DNA of 64,000 bases, taken from assembly GCF_006345805.1 (NCBI RefSeq), contig NC_043004.1, forward strand, positions 66,650,001-66,714,000, read 5' to 3'. The DNA comes from Octopus sinensis (Eukaryota). The notes beneath the pieces were generated by a model. That model did not search any database, was not told the origin of the DNA, and saw nothing but the letters and a program-made list of their open reading frames with translations. Made by a program: the position numbers and the translations under genes. Numbering within the stretch: the first letter of the stretch is position 1; each line of letters opens with the position of its first letter. This document shows, one piece after another, positions 11,625 to 24,877 of this stretch.

Positions 11625-11690
<66 letters not shown>

Positions 11691-11692
<2 letters not shown>

Positions 11693-12516
11693 ACAAAATA
11701 TTAAGGAAAGACCCTTACAGGTCATTCGACTCACTTGAAAAGAGCAGCCAAAACTCAACCGCAAAAATAGTAGTAATTCTGAAAGCTAAAGGTGAAATAA
11801 AAACATTTATCCCTTTCCACCTTGGAAAGGGATAAATGTTTTTATTTTACCTTTAGCTTTCAGAATTACTACTATTTTTGCGGTTTGAGTTTTGGCTGCT
11901 CTTTTCAAGTGAGTCGAATGACCTGTAAGGTCTTTCCTTAATATTTTGTTGAATATATTATATAGTCTGTGACTATTTCTATTTTCTCACTTGACTGCTG
12001 GTTGCAAAATTTTTCTTGAACTTTTGCTACCCTATATTGATAAATTAATAATTTTTGACTAATTCTGAAATTGTATCAGCAGTTTATATTTGCTGCTGAG
12101 TAGTTGGCGCGGTTTCGTTGGATTTCAAAAAATTAGGATATATACACTCGGGGCTTCAGCGGTATCGCCTCGTGTGTATATGTTCGCCTTTTCTTTTGGG
12201 ACTTTGCTGATGAAACAAACCAATCGTAAACGGATTTAATTTAATTTAATTAAGTTCGATTGCGTAAAAATTGTTGAAACCTTGCAGGGTACAAAGTTGG
12301 AAAGGGATAAATGTTTTTATTTCACCTTTTAGGTTTCAGAATTACTACTATTTTTGCGGTTTGAGTTTTGGCTGCTCTTTTCAAGTGAGTCGAATGACCT
12401 GTAAGGGTATTTCCTTAATATTTTGTTGAATATATTATATAGTCTGTGACTATTTCTATTTTCTCACTTGACCGCTGGTTGCAACATTTTTCTTGAATTT
12501 TTGCTACCCTATATTG

Positions 12517-12520
<4 letters not shown>
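11691..12520 (+). mobile_element. Non-coding hammerhead-bearing element: ~129-bp fold-back, ~475-nt unit, then partial second unit
   Basis: 11691-11819 inverts 11823-11951 (3-nt loop); 11823-12050 is directly repeated at 12298-12520. Both ends abut (TA)n. Confidence 0.9.
12201..12297 (+). ncRNA. Type I hammerhead ribozyme, canonical core, extended stem II
   Basis: acuuug CUGAUGA aacaa...uuguu GAAA ccu-ugca-ggg UA / caaagu. Stem I 6 bp, stem II 5 bp plus inner caaucg/cgauug, GUA site 12289-12291. Confidence 0.85.
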
Positions 12521-12547
<27 letters not shown>

Positions 12548-12552
<5 letters not shown>

Positions 12553-12790
12553 AATATTAGGGAATGAATCCAAAATTACAGGGAAAAATCAGATTTAGGG
12601 TTAAAACCAATTTTATAGTAAAATATTATATAATATAATTCGAGACAAAACCACTATTTTAAAACCAAACAAGGAAAGACTTAATCAATACATAAAATGT
12701 TTATTTAATTTATATTAAAATTTTATGTATTGATAAGTCTTTCCTTGTTTGGTTTTAAAATAGTGGTTTTGTCTCGAATTATATTATATA
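12548..12790. mobile_element. Second fold-back element between (TA)n tracts (arms 12636-12698 / 12720-12781)
   Basis: aattcgagacaaaaccac...catacataaaat inverted as attttatgtattg...gtctcgaatt. Architecture resembles an inverted pLTR; no ribozyme retained. Confidence 0.7.
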
Positions 12791-12801
12791 TATATATATA
12801 T

Positions 12802-12845
<44 letters not shown>

Positions 12846-12869
12846 TATATACATACATACATTCACATA

Positions 12870-13037
12870 TAGGTGTAAGCATGGCTGTGGTGTATGAGAC
12901 TTATTTCCCACCTCATGGTTCCGGGTTATGTTCAACTACGTGTTACCTTGGACAAATGTCTTCTACTATAACCTTGGGCCGGTCGAGGCCTTGTGACTGG
13001 ATTTGGTAGACGGAAACTGAAGGGAGCCCGTCGTGTA
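12870..13037 (+). mobile_element. SINE family B, 5' half, degenerate
   Basis: Matches the reverse complement of 44791-45210 (ccttgg..aagtgtcttctactatag, gccttgtga..ggatttggtagacggaaactga). Confidence 0.8.
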
Positions 13038-13699
13038 TTATATATATATATATATATATATCATGAATCCAACACTCCAACCACTATACCACATGCCCTT
13101 ACTGCCGATTTCTTTCAACATTTTAAAATAGAATCCAGCATGAACCAGTCGATATTGGTCGCATGATGCCAACATTAAATGTATAGCATGTATTATGTTT
13201 TTGCTCTTTATGGGGACCGTTGTAAAATATATTTAATGTATAAAATGAACAATACTGAATATGCTTTTCCAGTAATAACTTAAAGTGAGCTATGCAATCT
13301 AGATTCCTTGTATCTATCACAATGATATAACAGGGGTAGATTACGTGAAACTCTTATGCCTGGAGGGGTACTTCGTTGCATGTAGAAAAGACTAACAATT
13401 TTTTCTAATAGAATATAAATACTATTGATAATCACTATCGACAGATAAATTTTGTGTGAGCAATCCTATCGTCCAAATTGACCACACTTTATTCATCCAA
13501 GATTTGTTTCAGGTTTAATATATCTAGATCTATTGGGTTTTCAGATGAGTTCGTTCATTTTTCTCCAATGTTGTTTCATTTCGTACGAAACATATGTCTA
13601 TCGTAGTGTTTTACGGTTTTCTGTTCTTTTGCTCTTTTTCCACAACTTATGTGTATCGTTTAGAAGTTTTAATAAGCTTTTCCCCGTTTAATACATACA

Positions 13700-14000
13700 A
13701 ATGGAGTATGGAGTGCTCACTAGGAAAGCATGAGCATTTTCAAAAACTGTTTATCCTTACGAACAAAAGCTGTCAAAGTCTACGAGAAGGCGTGATTACA
13801 CATTGAAATGCACAAAAATAATTTTTACGATTCAAGGAGAGGACAATTGACACAGTTTTTCTATGTTCTGGCGGCCTTATATCGTTAAAGGAAAATCGAT
13901 TGAGCAATCTTATCCATGAGGATTCCACTAGGAAACTGGCTCGGTGATGTGATGCTTTAATCATACTGTTGCCCCTCATCTTCACTCAATGAACAATGCT
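13700..14000 (+). pseudogene. Decayed mariner transposase N-terminal region
   Basis: MECSLGKHEHF...NAQK*FLRFKE...ENRLSNLIHED..TRKLA resembles the mariner HTH region. Confidence 0.5.
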
Positions 14001-14353
14001 GCTGTTGTGAAGTTCTCTCGCACTCATCGTATTTTTCGGCCGTTCTCCAACGTCAGCGAAGCGTTTCATTGAGCAACAAAACCCGAAATATTGACAAGCT
14101 AGTAGAACGTTTGTCACATATTCGTGAACAATGAATGGGAATATATTTTTCACTGATTTGATTAAATTTATGTGAACTAAAAACAGCATTAAATTGAAAA
14201 ACCTGAAAGTTACCTGACAAACTGGTGTATGATGCTAGCGAAATATTACTTTATTAAATGAGGTTCAAGTGCAAATATAGGTGGAAATAAACTTCACATT
14301 TAGTATTTGAAGTAAAGCTATACAGAAGGGTGACATACATCTTATTCCATATG

Positions 14354-14921
14354 TAGTGTTTTGTCCGGAAAGTTCGTGCCGATTTATAGTAGCTTACCTT
14401 TCGACTTATTTTAGAACATGATTGAGTCCATAAAACAGGATTTGACTAGACTTCCATTTAGAGCACATTTTAAGCTATCTTTTCGTGGAAGAAGGTTTAT
14501 ATTCCTATAACCTGTGGGAATTTTGTAACCCTTTAAAATGGAAGATAAGAAAGTACATTTTCGGCAGTTTTGCTTTGGGAACCAGACAAAAGTTGCTGCA
14601 GCTCGACTGGGATGTGTTACCCCACCCTCCATATTCAACAGATATTGCTCCTTCGGATTTCCTCTTATTCAGGTCCCTATAGAATAGTCTTAATGGTAAA
14701 AAATTCAATTCCTTGGATGACGTAAAAAGATACCTTGATGAATTATTTGCCATGAAACCACCTCAATTCTGGGAAGAGGATATTTTCAAGTTAAAGGAAA
14801 GATGGAGACGCATTGTGCAACAAAATGGTTCATATTTGTTTGATTAAAAATGTAATGACAAGTATTTATTGACCTTTTTCTTTTTTTAAATATCAGCTCT
14901 AACTTTCCAGACAACCCAATA
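14354..14921 (+). mobile_element. Internally deleted mariner element
   Basis: TIRs ttgtccggaaagttcgtgccg / ctttccagacaacccaata. MEDKKVHFR is fused to TRQKLLQLDWDVLPHPPYSTDIAPSDFLLFRSL*...WRRIVQQNG. Confidence 0.9.
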
Positions 14922-14972
14922 ATTTGCTTTATATGTAAAAAGCAAGTCCGATTGTTAAGGTGGTATTTCATT

Positions 14973-15202
14973 GGCGGCGAGCTAGCAGAAACGTTAGCAC
15001 GCCGGGCGAAAGCTTAGCCGTATTTCGTCTGTCGTTACGTTGTGAGTTCAAATTCCGCCGAGGTCGACTTTGCCTTTCATCCTTTCGGGGTCGATTAAAT
15101 AAGTACCAGTTACGCACTGGAGTTGATGTAATCGACTTAATACCTATGTCTGTCCTTGTTTGTCTCCTCTATGTTTAGCCCCTTGTGGGTAATAAAGAAA
15201 TA
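14973..15202 (+). mobile_element. SINE family A, full length, with 10-bp TSD ggtatttcat
   Basis: tRNA-like head ggcggcgagctagcag...gagttcaaattcc and central gtcgactttgcctttcatcctttcggggtcgat. ggtatttcat occurs at 14962-14971 and 15203-15212. Confidence 0.85.
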
Positions 15203-15765
15203 GGTATTTCATGTCGGCTAAGTTTAGACAGTGTAATTAATAATGATCTCATGATATCTAAACTGGTGTATAAACATCAGTAAATTCATCTAAAAAAATT
15301 TAAATCATCATTTCTCTGTGCAGGAAACGATCTTAAGCGAACTCATGATATTACGATTGAGGTATTTCATACAAATCTGAACAACAGGTACTTTGTTGAT
15401 TTAAATAAGGACGTTGTGTGATTCATATCTAAACTATTAAGAAATTTCTGCAAGTAGAAAGCAATTTCATTTCACTTAACAAATATAAAAATACTTATAA
15501 TACAACAAGGATTTGGTGAAGGTCTTCGTATTACCAACGTCACAGATAACATTTCTTATAATAGCAGGCATTTTTAATGGCCAAATAGAAAATAAAAAAA
15601 GAATACTTCCAGAAACCAAAATAACGACTTGGTTTGATATAAAATTTCCATTGAGATTGACTATCAACAATCGATTCAAAAATATTTTCTATATGGAAAT
15701 TCAAACAGAATTTCAGACACCCCCCACACACCATGCACACAAACAACACAAGCACATGCGCATGG

Positions 15766-15834
<69 letters not shown>

Positions 15835-18800
15835 CGCATATATATATATATATATATACACGCTTACATGCATAAGTATATAACAGCATATTCATACGTT
15901 CCTGCGCATATGCAGCATATTGTATATAAATATATATATATATATTCGTATGTATATATATGCCTCCATATAAGTACGTATCTCTCTCTCTCTCTCTCTC
16001 TGTATATATATATATATATATATACGTAATGCATATTCACACATAATATCCAGAAATTGTATGCCAGTGTGAAAAAGATGTTTACATGATAATGGAGTCA
16101 TGTTTATGCTATACCGGGACGTAACCCATATCTGCATGCATGCCTTATTATTTAGGCTTCACGTTTAACTGTGATATTTTCAATTTCCCTCCTAATATCA
16201 ACAATAGAAATTGGAAGAAAAATTGAGATGCATTCATGTGTAAACCTCTCAGAAAGCAATATATTATGCTAGTCTGTGAGTCCATCATAAACATCAAAGT
16301 GAAATATACAATGGATCATCCCGAATATTACACCTGAATAAAAATTTCAAGGATAAGGCTTATATATTGGAATATAAAATTAGTTTCTCGGAATATTAAG
16401 TGAAAAATTCCAACATAATATTGAAAACATGAAAAAATGTATACTATAAACAAACGTATCTGTAAAAGTGCGCATGAATGTGTGTGTGTGAATTTGTGAA
16501 TACATCGTAGGTATATACATATATATGAATATAAATGTATGTATCTATTTATGCATATTTTTGAATACATGTATGCATTTAAATATGTATCTGCATATAT
16601 GTGCATATATGCATGTGTACATGTGTATGTATATAAGTACGTATATGTGTGTATGCATATTAAAGCAAGTAAATATGTAAATATCTTTGAAATATAAATA
16701 TATACCCATATATATGCTTATACAACTATATATTTTTATCCATAAACAATATATTCATGAAACGTAATATATATATATATAATATATATATATATAATAT
16801 ATATAATATATATATATATATGTATGTATGTGTGTGTGTGCGTTTGTGTGCGTGTATGTTTTTATATATATATATGTATGTATATACATATGTATATGTG
16901 TATATATGTATACATATATAGATACATGCATATATAGAAACATATATATATATATATATATGTGAGTGTGTGTGTGTGTGTGTGTGTGCGTATCTATGCA
17001 TATATCTATACTGAGAGGGATATATTTGCATATATAAATACTCAGAAACACTTCTCCCCTGCCTGCTGAAAATGTTCCGAAATAATCCTTAGATCATTAC
17101 ATAATTTTTTTGTGGGCAAGGGTAGTGTTTTTTCCTTATCTCATAATCACCGCATATGCAAGTGAAAAACTGATGTGCATTTGACTAAAAGATTCTTTTG
17201 AATGATTCATAATTTATAGCTCTTTAGAGAAGCAGTTCAATGAATCACAATTTATATTTTCAGAATTACTCCCTTCATTTTATTCATTGGGTTTGGTATC
17301 ACTGACGGCTACTAAATAATACCTAACTGAATTCAGAGTTATAAGTACAGATTTATGGTAAGTATTGACACTTTATTTTATGTTACTGGTACCAAAATAT
17401 AAGGGACGCTGAGACAAAACAATCAACGAATCAAGATCGCCATATTGTAACGTCTTTTCAAGCACTATTTCTAAATCTGTTTTTAACTCTATTTTAAATC
17501 TTATACGAGTATTATTTATGTATAATAAGTTCAACTCCAACAGAAACAACATATATTTTCCTGGGTACATCTCCTGAGAAATTTATTACATCTTGTCATA
17601 TAAACATTTCGTAGTCCTAGGTGTAACGGCAAATGCATTTCTCCACAGAGGAAATCGTGAGGCTGAGGTACAAAAAGAGCAATGACACCTAATGCGTTTC
17701 ATTAGTACTGATCGTTATATTTATTTCACTTATTCAGTATGAAGTGGTGAATAAATGTTTTAGCTAGGACGACTCTAGCGTTATGCGTTCAGAAGGAAAG
17801 TAGTAGGGGAACAAATATAACCTTACGGTTAATTGGTAGTAAATATAGCGTGAGCAAATACAGGCAGTGAGGACCGTTCCTACAGGTAGAAATCTGTAAT
17901 TTGATTAAGTTGTGTAGAGAGAAAGTTCGAAGTCTCAGGGAGTATGCTGCACTGCTTCAAGGGCAGGGGTTCAAAAAGAAATCTATCGTAGTGTCTCCAG
18001 TTTAATTGGTAGCATCCAAGAGCACCTAGGAAACGTTACCCTTCGGTATTTCTTTCTATCCTTTTCATGTTGATTACAAAGTTCGTCTTAAATAACTTCT
18101 ACTCAAAATCTGTATCGGTAAGGTATTTTTCACGTTGTATTTTATTGTCAATATAATCAGGTAAATAATATTCTATATTGTAATATTTTGCTTAAGTTTA
18201 CAGTTTAATATTGTATTGCCTGTATAGCCGCCATTCGCATGGAAGTACAATTTGGTAACAGGGACCATGCTTTCGCTAAATAGATGAGGGAACTAAAATG
18301 TTTTAGGCAGATATAGACCAAGTTTCAACGCATATATTCTTGCCCAAGCGGATAACCAAGCATGGCAGTTGGATTGAGAACCTTTTAATAAAGCACTGAC
18401 CAGGTCCTCATTTAATCTGAGTAGGCAAAAGGTAACGTGCAATACATTACTGAAGAAGAATCAAACCAACAGCCTTAAGATCTTGACCTCAACATCGCTA
18501 AACGGTAAGCCACGGTCAATATTTCATATACGATTCAACGGTAATTTATTTGTGTTTGACCTGTGAAAGTATTCACCGCGTAGAATTTATTTAACTTTAA
18601 TACGTGAACATTCAGTTTACACAGCAAATATCTTGGACACACCATAACTGTTATATAATAGCATGTTTTGTTGTTGTTCCTATAAAAGTTACGAACGAAT
18701 GTTATTGCACACAGAAACGTTTACATAAGACCTGTTTTAATCATAGGACTATACTGCTTTGATCTGCCATTACAAGGGAATATTAGAATTGCTGATAGTT

Positions 18801-19167
18801 TATCCGCGTTAGTGCATAAACGAGAAACATTTGAACAATTCCCATTCGCTCTAATTACATGCTTCTGTCATAATGCCAATAATAACTAAACCTAATAGAT
18901 ACTAATGATAGATATTATTGGACTAGAAGACTGGAAGTTACTAATGTTGACTATATATTACTGGCGGCTTCACGTTTGAAACAAAATTTTGCACAATAAA
19001 AACCACTATTTATTGTTGTCATTTGATATTATTTACGTTTAGGCCAATTCTCGAGGCACAGACTTATGTTTAAAGGCACTCCGCTCGTGACCATCGCGAT
19101 TTTATTTTGCTTACCTATATTGTCTTATGTAGCCTCTTTAATGTAAAATAGTTTATATATTTTCATA

Positions 19168-19222
19168 GAAAAGCCTTGTGAGTGGATTTGGTAGATGGAA
19201 GCTGAAAGAAACCCGTCGTATA

Positions 19223-19271
<49 letters not shown>

Positions 19272-19470
19272 GTGTGTGTATATATTTGTGTGCCTGTGTT
19301 TGTTCCCCCAACAGCGCTTGACAACCGATGTTTAGCGGTTCGACAAAAGAGATCGATAGAACAAGTACTAAAATTACAAAGAATAATTCCTGGGGTTGAT
19401 TTGCTCGACTAAAGGCGGTGCTCCAGCGTGGCCACAGTAAAGTGACTGAAACAAGTAAAAGAGTAAAAGA
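19168..19470 (+). mobile_element. SINE family B, 3' half
   Basis: gccttgtgagtggatttggtag ... gctcgactaaaggcggtgctccagc ... gtaaaagagtaaaaga tail. Confidence 0.85.
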
Positions 19471-19636
19471 GAGAATAATAATGTAACTGTTATTTCTATG
19501 TAATAAAATTATTTTTGTTATAATTAACGGATTATCTGTGAAGCATATTTTATCAGTGAAACTGCTTATGTTTGAAGCTAAAGCATAACAGTTCAACTAT
19601 CGAGCGAATACAAAATTACAATATGTGTTTGCAATG

Positions 19637-19868
19637 TTCTTTCTTACTCCTAGCACAAGGCCCGAAATTTTGGGGGAGGGTGCCAGTCGATTAGAATTTA
19701 TACTTAATTTATAGACCCCGAAATTTATAGACCCCGAAATTTTGGGGGAGGGTGCCAGTCGATACAGAATTTATACTTAATTTATAGACCCCGAAAGGGT
19801 GAAAAGTAAAGTCGACCTCGGCTGAATTTGAACTCAGAACATAAAGACAGACGAAATACCTATTTCTA
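19637..19868 (-). mobile_element. SINE family A fragment with internal tandem duplication
   Basis: cccgaaattttgggggagggtgccagtcgat...gaccccgaaa occurs twice; body gtcgacctcggctgaatttgaactcagaac. Confidence 0.8.
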
Positions 19869-20069
19869 GCTAGTGATGAAATCACAATACTTGGGCAAAG
19901 TTGGTCTACCCGTTTGTCAAATATATCGACAATGCTACAAAATGTATTATTAATTTCACAGACAGGACATGTGTTTATATCAAATCTTGCGAGTTGAAAT
20001 TTATAAAATAATTATACTAATGTTATTCAGTTAAAAATTGTAGCTTTAATAGGTGAATTTTCTTCCAAG

Positions 20070-20175
20070 AAATAGCAAACACATTTATTGCCAATTTAAA
20101 AGTAAAGGCAAACTTGGAGAAGGAAGTGAATGAAGAAATGGGCGAAGAAATTCAAAGAATTGTCATGTCTGGAAC
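20070..20175 (+). CDS. Candidate exon (IANTFIANLKVKANLEKEVNEEMGEEIQRIVMSG), unknown gene
   Basis: AATTTTCTTCCAAG acceptor, GTATGG donor (alternative donor after 20206), purine-rich helical-looking peptide. No homology recognised. Confidence 0.4.
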
Positions 20176-20769
20176 GTATGGATTCACACAACAACTTGAT
20201 CACATCGTAAAAGAAACTATATATACGTGCAAACTGTATCAAGGGCTATCATTAAAATAAATATAAGTGTGTGAGTGTACATATATATATATATATATAT
20301 ATATGTTATGGCTGCCCCCTCGTTATCGAGTATGGCCATTACACGAAGCTTAACTGTTACTGGTGCTGTGATCGAATGTGACTTTTTAACCCAGCTAAAG
20401 ATCTACAATGTCTCGTACAAATATATATATACGTATGTATATATATTGTTATTTATTATTCCATTCTAATGTTACCTTGTATTTATTTCTGTATGTGATT
20501 GATTCTTTCACAGCATTAACTGTTCAAATGTTAATATATCTTTTGTTGAAATTATTACAACGTTTATTATAATGACTCACGCCAGTGACATCCTAAGTAT
20601 ACGGATGTGAGTGTCGGTGTGCCTGTGTATGGTGCTATAAATATATGCATTCACACATACATACACACCTATATATATATATAATTTGATATATATTTAT
20701 ATACACAAACAAACGCACACACATATATATACATATATGTTCTATATATATATATATATAATATATATA

Positions 20770-20813
<44 letters not shown>

Positions 20814-20853
20814 GCATATATATATATACATATATATATATACATACATGTAC

Positions 20854-20942
<89 letters not shown>

Positions 20943-21676
20943 CGAACACATGTATTTATTAGTCTATGTGTGTTGATTATCTATGTTTGTCCTTCAGAAA
21001 ATAATTGTATTCTTCGATATTATTATGCATTATGTCTCCAAATTAAATGTATTATGTTTTGTGTACTTCATTTGTGAATACCCGAGGGAAATTCCTAGAT
21101 GTTTTCATCTAACTACATTTAATATCTTCTAAAGTTTAATAACTTATGAACCAATCAATATATTCTGCGATAAAGAATGTCCATTTCTTTGAATATATAT
21201 AAACAAGAAATCTTCTAACATTACCATGGGAAATTAAATAACAATGGGTTTAATTAAACGCGAAATAATAATTTCTTTAGTTAGGTATAGTGAATTTTAG
21301 TTGTTGAAACATAATGCCCGAATAAGATTACATAAACTCCAGTATAAACTAGAGTTGGATTTACTGGCTATAAATTATTCAATACAACTCATATTACAAC
21401 TACTACTTCTATTTGTTTCGTAGTCTAATGCGTAACGATAGTGCATGTCGAGTGCAGCAGTATGTTCTTTGCTTTCAATGTATACTAAATGTCGGTGCTT
21501 GTTTTATTTCTCAGCTACTGGTTTGTATTATAAAATTGTTTTCGCGTTAATGGTTATTACAAAAATTGTAAATCGTAGTATAATAACAAAGTTAATGGTC
21601 TAGATAATGTGACTAGCACATCTAAAAGCTATAGAGTGTGAATTAGGTATAGTAGCATTATCAGATAGACACTGCA

Positions 21677-21744
<68 letters not shown>

Positions 21745-22714
21745 ACTCGCTCTTTATTCTTATCAGGGTTCCTTCTCTTGCAACGCTCTGTTCCTCTTCA
21801 TCTACAAGCCTCTCTCTATTTTTTATTCCACATTAAAACGTTAATACTGTAGGGGAAATTACGTTTCCTTATCTTACATTAATGATATTTATACACGGTT
21901 AATTACTTATTGTTCACTTTATATTTTCTTGGAGGCTGAGAATATATTGAGAGATATTGTGTTCATAAGATTCATAAGGATATACGCAGCATGAAGGAAC
22001 TGTATTTCCTTTATCTGAAAATTCAATAGGCCCACTCATGTTACTCGCTGTTTGCGTTGCTTTATTTAAGCCTTATAGTTATTGTTTAAAACGTAATTAT
22101 GTTTTTAAAATATCATCGTCGCACTTATATGTCTAACCAAGACCAGGCAGTAAGTTGCTCTACCTATCCGGCCGTTTCTGGAACTATATATACATTGTTT
22201 TTTTTTGTCGTTGTTGCTCTAAACTCCAAAGGGTATAGTTACTAGGTGCAAAACGAATGAGCTAAGTCTGCCATCTGATAGTAAAAGCAATTTGTGTACT
22301 ACAGAGGAATGTGGATGTAAATATGCAAGAACATATATGTTCGATACACATTTAAATAGATAATTTTTCAGGAATATTGGATATGTATAATAAATACAGT
22401 ATATATAAAAGTAAAATTTCATATCAGCTAATCTTTCCGCATATAATATCCATTTTAAAGGTGAATGTTATTGATTTAAAAAAAAATTTCCTTATGAAGT
22501 CCAGATAACTACTTTGTCACCGGCTCTAAGCATTTTGGTAGTCTTTCATAGATTTGTTGCTGTTATACACAGCCTGCGCACACGTAGATACATACACGTG
22601 TATATGTGTATGCGTATATGTGTATATGCGTATGTGTATATATGTGTATATGTGTATGTGTGTGTGTTTGTGTGGATATGTATGTATATTGTGTGAGCAT
22701 GTGCGTGTATGTCA

Positions 22715-23020
22715 AGGCGCATAGATTAGTAGTTAGAACATGTGACACACGATTTTGCGATAGTCAGTTCGATTCTTGGCAGCGGGCTGTACCTTTGAGC
22801 AAGACACTTTCTTTCATCTTATTCCGGTCCACTCAGCTGGTAAAAATCAGTTGTACCAACAATTCAAAGGGCAAATTCTTGTTACATTTTGTTTCATGGT
22901 AAATCTCCCTCAGAACTAAATGTAGTTACGTGCATCTGAGGAATGCTCCGTCACTTGAACACTAATTCATGAGCAGGTTGTGTGTTGATGAGAATTTTAT
23001 ACTCACCACCATATCAGCTC
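22715..23020 (+). mobile_element. SINE family D, degenerate
   Basis: ctttgagcaagacactt...gtccactcagctgg...aaaa body as in 7613-7900. Confidence 0.65.
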
Positions 23021-23749
23021 ACCTGTATAACACGTATAGACATTGTTTACTCCTCAGACTAAGTTAAGTACCCGATAAAAATCTCGGAGTGTAAATTCAA
23101 ATAATTTGGGACACTACTTCGTTTTCTATATTGGGCATCACTGAATCTCACCAGCTGACTATATATGCTCGTGTATGTGTATGTGTGTGTGATAGAGTTT
23201 GGAATGAGAGATCTCGATGCAAATACAACTATAAAAAACGGCGTCTAAATATTTGATTTTTAAAAATATGTCGGAGCTGCCTGCAAGGCCCGAACATGCA
23301 TGGTTTGTAAACATGACATATGTTCTACCATTAGACCAAAGCAATCCTTCACATTACTCTTAACATCTTTCTAAAAGACTAGTTATTTTACATCCTCTTC
23401 AAGTTTATATGATCTTATGACGTCAACAACATACAATTTTCGCTGGTAGCAGTATATTGATAGATATATTGGAAACATTGATCCAACGGCGGTTCGCGAG
23501 TCATTTTTAAAATGTTGTGGGTTCGAAACCAAGGGCTTGCCTTCAACTTTTTCCTCCAAGCATATTTTTTACCAAATATTTGCAGGTTGTTATTTATAAG
23601 TTTATCGGCTTCCAGATATATCCTCAACAAAACGTTTTACTTAGAATACTCACAATGTCTATAAACTCCTAGATATCAACAATATGTATGTATGTATGCA
23701 CACACACATATATATATATGTATATATGTATATATTTACATATATATAT

Positions 23750-23995
23750 GACTGTGATCCCCGTGACTGACCAGGCTATTAGATGTTGCTACACATCACT
23801 GATCACAATGCGCTTCGCATCCTTCAAAACTTCCATGCTTCCTGAGATTCGCCAACACTACACCTGATTTTTGTCCCCTCCATACACACACAATCATGTA
23901 TCTGATTCATACATTGTTCGCTTTCCAGAGATTTGAACATTACTGAATATATTTTATACGAACTTTCTGACAAGTTGTGGTGCACCTGAGCAATG
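23750..23995 (-). mobile_element. Possible LINE 3' end whose terminal ~75 nt equal the tail of SINE family C
   Basis: RC gaaggatgcgaagcgcattgtgatcagtgatgtgtagcaacatc...gtcacggggatcacagtca is preceded by an open frame ending EAWKF*. Confidence 0.45.
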
Positions 23996-24070
23996 TATAC
24001 AATAATTTCATTATTATATATTATTATTATTATTATTATATATATATATATAAATATATATATATATGCA

Positions 24071-24375
24071 TGGAGGCACAATGGCCCAGTGGTTAGGGCA
24101 GCGGACTCGCGGTTGTAGGATCACGGTTGCGATTCCCAGACCGGGCGTTGTGAGAGTTTATTGAGCGAAAACACCTAAAGCTCCACGAGACTCCGGCAGG
24201 GGATGGTGGTGACCTCTGCTGTACTCTTTTGCCACAACTTTCTCTCAATCCTTCTTCTATTGGCCTGCTCGCTTAGCCAGCGTGGTGGAGTCATTTAAAG
24301 GCTAAAACAATGCGAAGGCTAAAACAATGTGCTGCAACATTTGATAGCCTGATCAGTCACGGGGATCACGGTCAT
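24071..24375 (+). mobile_element. SINE family C (tRNA-headed), tail type 1
   Basis: ggaggcacaatggcccagtggttagggcagcggactcgcgg...gattcccagaccgggcg head. Confidence 0.85.
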
Positions 24376-24412
24376 ATATATATGTAAATATATACATATA
24401 TACATATATACA

Positions 24413-24479
<67 letters not shown>

Positions 24480-24520
24480 AAGTCAAATTGCGATAAAATA
24501 AAATTAATTATTATCGCTGG

Positions 24521-24574
<54 letters not shown>

Positions 24575-24844
24575 ATGTATATATATATGTATATATATAT
24601 GTGTGTATATATGTATGTATGTATGTATGTGTGTATGTATGTGTGCATGTGTATATATATATATATATGCAGATGATGAGACAAATAAACAATTTACCTC
24701 AGTATTTCCCCTTATAGGAACTCTTTACCTTGTGGACTTAGTCCTCGATAAAGATTTTCGTGTGGAACTTCAGATCATTGAGGGACTACTACGTGTTTTC
24801 TATATTGGGCATCTCCGGATTTCACCTACTTGTTGTATATGTTC

Positions 24845-24877
<33 letters not shown>

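Noticed and set aside
14973-15060. SINE heads as functional tRNA genes
   Set aside because: A/B-box-like motifs are present, but I could not fold a complete cloverleaf and the heads continue into repeated SINE bodies.
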